From positions 1 through 15,766 of the forward strand of contig JBHLLP010000060.1 of assembly GCA_048885525.1 (NCBI GenBank): 15,766 nt of DNA, written 5' to 3'. The stretch is from Candidatus Hermodarchaeota archaeon (GTDB taxonomy: Archaea; Asgardarchaeota; Lokiarchaeia; Sigyniarchaeales; SOKP01). Position numbers and translations under genes: made by a program. Under the pieces are notes generated by a model. The model saw only the letters and a list, made by a program, of their open reading frames with translations, was not told the origin of the DNA and ran no database searches. Within the stretch, counting starts at the first letter, position 1; every line of letters begins with the position of its first letter. Positions 10,042 through 15,766 of this stretch are shown here, in pieces.

Positions 10042-10467
10042 TTATCTTTCACGATCTATTACTTTAAGCTCCATAACAATATTGCCCCAGCCACCACATT
10101 TTAAACCTACATCAGGACAACCTGTCCTGACAGGGAATAACTTTTCATTTGGATCTTGACCAGTATACATTAATGCAGAAGCAGCATATATTAATTTTTC
10201 CACAGCACCTAAAGCAGAAATGCAAATTCTACTGGGACTAAGTTTAGTTAATAAATTCCCAAAACCATCAAAGTAAAATTTATCTCCAACTTTATGCTGA
10301 CTATTACAACCATGCGACTCAACCACTTCTATTACAACTGTCTTATTCATTAAATATGGAGCTCTCCTAAGAACCTCAATATTCTTTGGATCTTTCAAAA
10401 ATAATTTCATTTCTTCGTCAGTATACCCTAAATGACTTTTAATATTGTCTAGAATTTCTTTAGACAT
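10042..10467 (-). CDS. TIGR04076-like Cys-containing protein (paralog 1)
   Basis: IEVVESHGCNSQHKVGDKFYF...RICISAL...GCPDVGLKCGGWG...ELKV matches the family pattern C..HKVGD, C..A, CPD. Confidence 0.7.
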   Translation of the reverse strand: MSKEILDNIKSHLGYTDEEMKLFLKDPKNIEVLRRAPYLMNKTVVIEVVESHGCNSQHKVGDKFYFDGFGNLLTKLSPSRICISALGAVEKLIYAASALMYTGQDPNEKLFPVRTGCPDVGLKCGGWGNIVMELKVIDRER

Positions 10468-10578
10468 GATTATTTCTTCCCTCTAAGTATTGTATTATTT
10501 CTTTTTATATTTAATGTCTTATTAATTATTTCAACACTTATATTATTTTTCGATGAAGTAAACTATATCAAGATAGTC

Positions 10579-10597
10579 AAAATTTTAAAAAAAAGAT
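10579..10597 (-). repeat. 19-bp direct repeat (second copy at 11120..11138), probable oligo-T terminator on the - strand
   Basis: aaaattttaaaaaaaagat is identical at both positions, each in the gap upstream of a TIGR04076-like paralog. Confidence 0.55.
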
Positions 10598-10609
10598 GTA
10601 AAAACTGTA

Positions 10610-11059
10610 TTAATCTCCTTCCTTTATATCTTTAATAACTTTATCCTTGTCTTCAACTTTAAGTTCAAGTATTATTTTACCCCACCCTCCGCATTTTAAT
10701 CCTATATCAAAACAGCCAACCCTTTTAATTCTCATTTCATTAGGATCAACACCTGCATAAAATAGTTCTTGAGCCGCAAAGATTAACCGTTCCATCTGAC
10801 TCAATGCATATATGCAAATTCGCTTAGGATTTAATTTAGTAAGAAGATTTCCTGGACCATCAAAATAAAATTTATCTCCAACTTTATGTAGACTGCTACA
10901 TCCATGTGATTCTACAACTTCAATTATGATTGTTTTTTGTAATAAACCTGGCACCTTAAAGAGTGCTTCTTGATTTCTTGGGTTTTGGAGCCATAACTCC
11001 ATCTCCTCATCTGTATAACCTAAATGGCTTTTCAAGAATTCTTGTATTTTTTTTGACAT
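10610..11059 (-). CDS. TIGR04076-like Cys-containing protein (paralog 2)
   Basis: Clear paralog of 10042..10467, sharing KSHLGYTDEEM, IEVVESHGC, HKVGDKFYFDG, GNLLTKL and GLKCGGWG. Confidence 0.7.
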   Translation of the reverse strand: MSKKIQEFLKSHLGYTDEEMELWLQNPRNQEALFKVPGLLQKTIIIEVVESHGCSSLHKVGDKFYFDGPGNLLTKLNPKRICIYALSQMERLIFAAQELFYAGVDPNEMRIKRVGCFDIGLKCGGWGKIILELKVEDKDKVIKDIKEGD

Positions 11060-11214
11060 GATTTTTTCTTTCTCGTTCTAAAATTTTTTTTTATATCATA
11101 TTTTACATTTAACTCTTAAAAAATTTTAAAAAAAAGATTTTCAAATTAAGAACAAAGATAAAGCAATTATTATATGAAAAAAATAAAAAAAGAGAATTGG
11201 TTTGCTTAAATCCT

Positions 11215-12147
11215 TTAAGCCTGAATTACTTCCATCAATTTAGGAAAAATTCGTGGATAGTGGACAGCCATACAATGTACTCCTGCTAAGAGGTCTTTTC
11301 TTTTTAGCTCAGAAATAAAGGGCTTAAAAAATTCATAATTTGCTTGATCATACAATCTTTTTTGTTCCTTTTTATCATCTTTAAACTCCGTCTTTATATT
11401 TTTCCACTTAGCTAAAATATCTTTTGGAACATCAACTCCAGGAACAAATGTATCAAAACCCTTCGCCATAGCGTAACTTTTCATTGGAAAAATTCCAAGC
11501 AAGACAGGGACTTTATATCTTTTAATTTCACTCAAGAACTCAATTGTTCTATCTAAATCATAAACCACTTGAGTCTGTATGAACTCGCAGCCTGCTTGAG
11601 CTTTCCTCCCAATTTTTAAAATTTCAGATTCCATTGGATCTGCATTTGGATTTGCAGCTGCACCAACATGTAAAGTCGGAGGATTTTCAATTTCATGGCC
11701 ATTGATAGTTCCTGAATCGACCATTTCTCTTACTAATTTAATTAATGTTGCTGAATCAAGATCAAATACGGGTTTAGATTCTGGCATGTCTCCTAGATTT
11801 GGATGATCACCAGTGAGAGATAAAACGTTTCTTAACCCTAAAGCTTGACCTCCCATTATCATCCCAGCTATTCCTAATTTATTTACATCTCTTACTGTAA
11901 GTTGCCAAATGACTTCTAAACCAGCTTCTTTCTGGATTATGTGGGAAGCTGCCATGCTATTAATTGTTACTATCCCTAAGGGACTATCAGTAACATTTGC
12001 AGCAACCACGTAGGGAGCCATTTCTCTAGCTTCTTGGATAGTATGGGAAAGATCACATGTTTTTTCTGGTTCAAGCTCCCCAGTTAAAATGAATTCTCCA
12101 TTCGAGAGCATCTCACCTAATTTTGAATATACTTTTTTTTCTTCCAC
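11215..12147 (-). CDS. metF: Methylenetetrahydrofolate reductase, flavin-binding subunit
   Basis: GELEP, NVTDSP, QLTVRDVN, NVLSLTGD, VFDLDS, KAQAGCEFIQTQVVYD, AGVHCM. GTG start, 7 bp after the metV stop. Confidence 0.9.
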   Translation of the reverse strand: MEEKKVYSKLGEMLSNGEFILTGELEPEKTCDLSHTIQEAREMAPYVVAANVTDSPLGIVTINSMAASHIIQKEAGLEVIWQLTVRDVNKLGIAGMIMGGQALGLRNVLSLTGDHPNLGDMPESKPVFDLDSATLIKLVREMVDSGTINGHEIENPPTLHVGAAANPNADPMESEILKIGRKAQAGCEFIQTQVVYDLDRTIEFLSEIKRYKVPVLLGIFPMKSYAMAKGFDTFVPGVDVPKDILAKWKNIKTEFKDDKKEQKRLYDQANYEFFKPFISELKRKDLLAGVHCMAVHYPRIFPKLMEVIQA

Positions 12148-12154
12148 GTTTGGT

Positions 12155-12820
12155 CTACCTCCATACTACTTCTCTTTGATGACCAGATTGACTCCAGTCT
12201 ACTGGATCTCTTAATTTACTGAAAAGATCTAATCTACCTAGTTCCTTTAACCTTTCATATATCAAGACCCAACCACAATCTTTTTCATAATTCCCTACTT
12301 CACATTTACCCTTAACCATTCCACCACATGGACCATTCATCAGTGATTTTGCACAAGTAGTAATTGGACAAATTCCTCCCGTTTCGTTTAATAAACAGTC
12401 CCCACAACCGCGACATCGCATATAGAAGCGACCAATTCTCTCTGTCATGCCCATAAATTCTGTATTGGTGGCAATAAAAACGGGGATGTGTGGATATTTT
12501 CGTTCTAAAACTTTAGTAATACTAGCAACTCCCAATCCACAACTTAATGTCAAAATAGCATCTATGTTCTTTAAGTCTTCATCAATTTCTCGGAAATCCT
12601 TCATCATAACTCGATTATCACAAACCTCTTCAGGAACACGCGTGACAACAACTTCAAACCCTTCCTGCTCCAATTTGTCCGCCATTTCCTTTGCACCCTC
12701 TTCTCCACCTGTTTGGCACATTGCAGCACAACTACCGCAAGATACGAGACCAATCTTTTTTACGTCTCGTAAAGTACCTAAAACTTCTTCAAAGGGCTTT
12801 TTTGTGGTTATTACTGTCAT
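12155..12820 (-). CDS. metV: MetV-like Zn/Fe-S subunit of methylenetetrahydrofolate reductase
   Basis: CGSCAAMC, SCGLG, CRGCGDC, GGICPITTCAKSLMNGPCGG, CEV, CGWVLIYERL. Lies directly upstream of metF. Confidence 0.9.
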   Translation of the reverse strand: MTVITTKKPFEEVLGTLRDVKKIGLVSCGSCAAMCQTGGEEGAKEMADKLEQEGFEVVVTRVPEEVCDNRVMMKDFREIDEDLKNIDAILTLSCGLGVASITKVLERKYPHIPVFIATNTEFMGMTERIGRFYMRCRGCGDCLLNETGGICPITTCAKSLMNGPCGGMVKGKCEVGNYEKDCGWVLIYERLKELGRLDLFSKLRDPVDWSQSGHQREVVWR

Positions 12821-12949
12821 TTTTTAATTTATCCCTTCCTAATAATTTTTGATTATATTCAATAATTATTGAAATTAATCATAATATTTATTGTTTTGAA
12901 TTATAAAATGTGACATTTTCATAAAGAAAAATATTAAAAATAAAAACAA

Positions 12950-13102
12950 TTATAAAAAAAACACTTTTTCGGCTTCCTTCTCGTCAAACTCGAGCTCTCG
13001 TAATCTCATTCGAATTTCACGAGGTGTAAAAGAAGTTTTTAAAACTTCCAAAACATTATCATCTAAGGCTTTCAAATTATTTATCGCAGCTTGATGATAG
13101 AA
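12950..13102 (-). repeat. 5'-truncated copy of the 3' end of the 89-aa gene (copy 1; 50 codons plus stop); candidate attR-like displaced fragment
   Basis: Aligns without gaps to 15398..15550 with 23/153 mismatches by manual count. Translates as FYHQAAINNLKALDDNVLEVLKTSFTPREIRMRLRELEFDEKEAEKVFFL* (42/50 aa identical). There is an in-frame stop 7 codons upstream and no matching N-terminus. Confidence 0.93.
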
Positions 13103-13151
13103 AATATATTTCTTAATGATTTATTTTATTCCATGTTTCTGGATCATCTTA

Positions 13152-14141
13152 TTAATAATTTATGGAAAAGAATATAGCTAGCGGTAAGGAAAGAATTAAT
13201 AAAAGTAATCCACTTATACATACTACTTTAAGGACATCTCGTTTTGTTTCTGGAAAATCTTTTTTTATTACATATCGTATAAAGCGAGTTATTATTGGTT
13301 TTAATCTATTCGGGATTTTGATTAAAAAGGGAGTATTTTTGCGATATTCCTTGTATTCTTCTGGATATTTCTCTGATAATTTGATGTCTTCAAAAAAAGC
13401 TACAGTTACAACTATTAATGCAAAAATTACCCATGGTAAACTAGCATTTAGTCCACTTTTAGGCACTACTCCACCTAAATTAAATTCCTCATAAGCCAAA
13501 TATTGAATAGATACACCATAACTCCAAATAAGAAATCCTAAATATTGAGGATGTCTGGAATATTGATATATAGAAAAATCAATTATTTCTTTTCCCTGAT
13601 GTTTACCATAAAGCCAATTGATTACTCCTGAAGTGAAGATATAAAGCCCAATGGCCATAATAATTCCTGGAATAATCGCTATGGGTCCAAACGGAACAGA
13701 AGCAATGCAGAGAGGTAGTGCAGGAATAAAAACAATATTACCAAGTGTTAAAAAATTAAAGTAAGGTGTATCGAAAGGTAGCCAAATTACTTGTAGAATA
13801 CCAAATCCTGCTAAAAAAAACATATATATCGCAAAATTTCCGAACGTCGGTAAGAATAATAAAAATGAGCTTGTTACAGAAATCTTCTCGTACTTTATTA
13901 GAAAACCAAAAATAATCAATATGATAACGATTATAAGATTGAAATAACCAATTGGTCTAACAGTATCAATAACTGTCTCAACTACCTCGGGATTAAAATA
14001 AGGATCTATCGCTGGAATGATTTGAATTAGATAAGAGTTAATGAGATAAGGAATTTCAAAGGTTAAAAATACTAGAACAGCTGTAAAAAATATTGCCAAT
14101 GAACGAATTTTCTTAGGTTTATATGAGTTTTTATCTTTCAT
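13152..14141 (-). CDS. Multi-pass membrane protein, ICMT/PEMT/DUF1295-like methyltransferase superfamily
   Basis: About 8 TM segments, IYQYSRHPQYLGFLIW, EDIKLSEKYPEEYKEYRKNTPFLI. Confidence 0.8.
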   Translation of the reverse strand: MKDKNSYKPKKIRSLAIFFTAVLVFLTFEIPYLINSYLIQIIPAIDPYFNPEVVETVIDTVRPIGYFNLIIVIILIIFGFLIKYEKISVTSSFLLFLPTFGNFAIYMFFLAGFGILQVIWLPFDTPYFNFLTLGNIVFIPALPLCIASVPFGPIAIIPGIIMAIGLYIFTSGVINWLYGKHQGKEIIDFSIYQYSRHPQYLGFLIWSYGVSIQYLAYEEFNLGGVVPKSGLNASLPWVIFALIVVTVAFFEDIKLSEKYPEEYKEYRKNTPFLIKIPNRLKPIITRFIRYVIKKDFPETKRDVLKVVCISGLLLLILSLPLAIFFSINY

Positions 14142-14292
14142 TAAAACTTTTTATTTAAAAGGATACATGATTTCTATGTATTAGAAATACCATTATCTAA
14201 TATATATTTATTATTTAATAGCATTGAACTTACTTAGATATTAAATAGAAATTGAAAAACTAAAAATAAATTAAAATTAGAATATAAAAAAT

Positions 14293-14385
14293 CTATAAAG
14301 GAAAGGTTTTCTCGGCTTCCTTCTCGTCAAACTCGAGCTCTCGTAATCGTATACGGATTTCTCGAGGTGTAAAAGAAGCTTCTAA
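14293..14385 (-). repeat. 5'-truncated copy of the 3' end of the 89-aa gene (copy 2; 30 codons plus stop)
   Basis: Aligns without gaps to 15398..15490 with 6/93 mismatches. Translates as LEASFTPREIRIRLRELEFDEKEAEKTFPL*. Confidence 0.93.
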
Positions 14386-14519
14386 CACTTTGATTATTTA
14401 TATATAAAACTCTTCAAATTTTAAAAATTTTATAAATAAAAAGGAAAAATTGAAAGTGCCTAAAGAAATAAATACATGTAGAATTCTTATTATAGTATCA
14501 GTCTAATACAAAAATTCAC

Positions 14520-15353
14520 ATGGCAAAAAAATATTCTAAGGAAGAAGTTTTCGAAATCTTTCAATCAAAAGATATCGATTTAATGAGATCTCTTATAAAT
14601 AAAGAGTTTGTGAAAGATCTTGAGTTTTCAGAACAAGAGAAAAGAGAACTAGTCCGAAATTTAAATGTACTATTAGTAGAACTTATTGATGAGCCTGATG
14701 ATTTTCATGGATACAATTTTAAACCATTGTATTATAATCTTTTTGGAGATGAATATGTAAAAGCTCTTTTGGAACTAGTAGGTGTGGAGTTTAAAGGATT
14801 TGAATACCACTATATGTGGATCTGGAACCTAAATAAGTATTCAATGCCGATTTTGAGGGCTAAAATTCACGGATCGTTAACTGAATTAGAGTTTAATAAC
14901 GAAAATGAATTTTGTCTAATTGTAATTACTATTGGTACATATTTTGGAAGTAGAGAATTACTCCACTATCTAGATAATACCAACCATTTTAAGTTGCTTT
15001 ATAATGTGCCAACTCTAGAACATAAAGAAGTGAATTATTTATTAGAGGTTACATTATTTCAAGTAATTTATGCAATATTAGAGCATATTGAAAGCAGTAA
15101 TTTGGATGATAAAAGTGCAGCTGAAAAACTCCACCAAAAATTTACAGAGTTATTTAAATATTATTTTATGGAAGAAAAAAGAATTGATCATGCGGAGATA
15201 ATTTACTCTCTCCTTAATTACTTAAACAAACGTAATGAATTATCATTAATCTCATCAGTAATTAATTCCATCCCCCAAAATATTCTTAATGAATTCTTTA
15301 ATAACCCTCAAATGTTAAACTTAAATGAATTCATTAAAAAAGTTTTAAGATAA
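14520..15353 (+). CDS. Hypothetical soluble protein, probably helical, no recognised family
   Basis: 277-codon ORF with ATG start in AT-rich DNA; rich in Glu, Leu, Asn and Phe; no catalytic motif recognised. Confidence 0.75.
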   Translation: MAKKYSKEEVFEIFQSKDIDLMRSLINKEFVKDLEFSEQEKRELVRNLNVLLVELIDEPDDFHGYNFKPLYYNLFGDEYVKALLELVGVEFKGFEYHYMWIWNLNKYSMPILRAKIHGSLTELEFNNENEFCLIVITIGTYFGSRELLHYLDNTNHFKLLYNVPTLEHKEVNYLLEVTLFQVIYAILEHIESSNLDDKSAAEKLHQKFTELFKYYFMEEKRIDHAEIIYSLLNYLNKRNELSLISSVINSIPQNILNEFFNNPQMLNLNEFIKKVLR

Positions 15354-15397
15354 CTATTTTAACACAATAAATAATTTAAAAATATAATTTAGAAATT

Positions 15398-15667
15398 TTA
15401 TAAAGGAAAGACTTTCTCGGCTTCCTTCTCGTCAAACTCGAGCTCTCGTAATCGTATACGGATTACTCGAGGTGTAAAAGAAGTTTTTAACATTTCTAGC
15501 ACATTATCATGTAAAGCTTTCAAATTATCGACCGCTACTTGATGATAAAAATCTTTTTCATTAAAATTTATCTTGATTATTTCAGTTAGGCCGCCCAGAG
15601 CTTCCCGAATGTTCTTATAATAGGCCATCACATCATCCAACTTTTCTTCCTTCTCTATAGGACCCAT
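15398..15667 (-). CDS. Small helical hypothetical protein (89 aa); intact source or target of the repeated 3' fragments
   Basis: ATG preceded by gaggga, an SD-like sequence on the - strand. Comparison with copy 1 shows 10 synonymous codon changes and no indels in this frame, which supports real coding function. Confidence 0.85.
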   Translation of the reverse strand: MGPIEKEEKLDDVMAYYKNIREALGGLTEIIKINFNEKDFYHQVAVDNLKALHDNVLEMLKTSFTPRVIRIRLRELEFDEKEAEKVFPL

Positions 15668-15766
15668 CTTATTCCCTCAATCATTTTTTTGTTTTACAAT
15701 TAATGATAATAAATTTCAATATATAAAGATGTCGGTTTCCGATCATGATGTTGCGATATAACGATC

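Larger units (their letters stand above)
12969..15453. mobile_element. Putative tandem array of two single-gene cassettes bounded by direct repeats
   Basis: Identical 37-bp core tcggcttccttctcgtcaaactcgagctctcgtaatc at 12969, 14312 and 15417, with one gene between each pair. No integrase or transposase is seen in the window. Confidence 0.5.

Noticed and set aside
12447-12827. 126-aa ORF on the + strand
   Set aside because: Antisense shadow of metV.
13162-13494. 110-aa ORF on the + strand
   Set aside because: Antisense shadow of the 329-aa membrane gene.
12969-15453. CRISPR array (37-bp identical repeat)
   Set aside because: The intervals are over 1 kb and contain whole genes, the repeat is part of a longer coding homology, and no cas genes are present.
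15398-15453. SECIS or other structured RNA as the identity of the repeat
   Set aside because: No convincing SECIS core and no in-frame TGA-interrupted gene nearby; the divergence pattern follows codon structure.
12950-15550. Diversity-generating retroelement (TR/VR pair) explanation for the repeats
   Set aside because: Mismatches are not confined to adenines on either strand (e.g. gtc/acc, gtc/gtg, cct/ttt), many are synonymous, and no reverse transcriptase is present in the window.

Overview
AT-rich prokaryotic window. The archaeal-style TATA-like promoters, oligo-T terminators and gene mix suggest an archaeon, possibly Lokiarchaeia-like, but that assignment is inference. The first ~12.8 kb is ordinary metabolic and membrane content: a partial membrane protein, a membrane-anchored wHTH regulator, an ABC-2 exporter, a GNAT, two MBL-fold hydrolases, an ICMT/PEMT-like methyltransferase, a GH2 glycosidase, a radical SAM enzyme, two tandem TIGR04076-like Cys proteins and metV-metF. 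The standout structure is at 12950-15667. The 3' end of an unknown 89-aa gene (15398..15667, -) is present three times in direct orientation: the intact copy plus fragments at 14293..14385 and 12950..13102. All three share an identical 37-bp core, and exactly one unrelated gene lies between successive copies. This looks like a tandem array of single-gene cassettes (1105 and 1343 bp core-to-core) inserted into the 3' end of a protein-coding gene, with no recombinase visible in the window.
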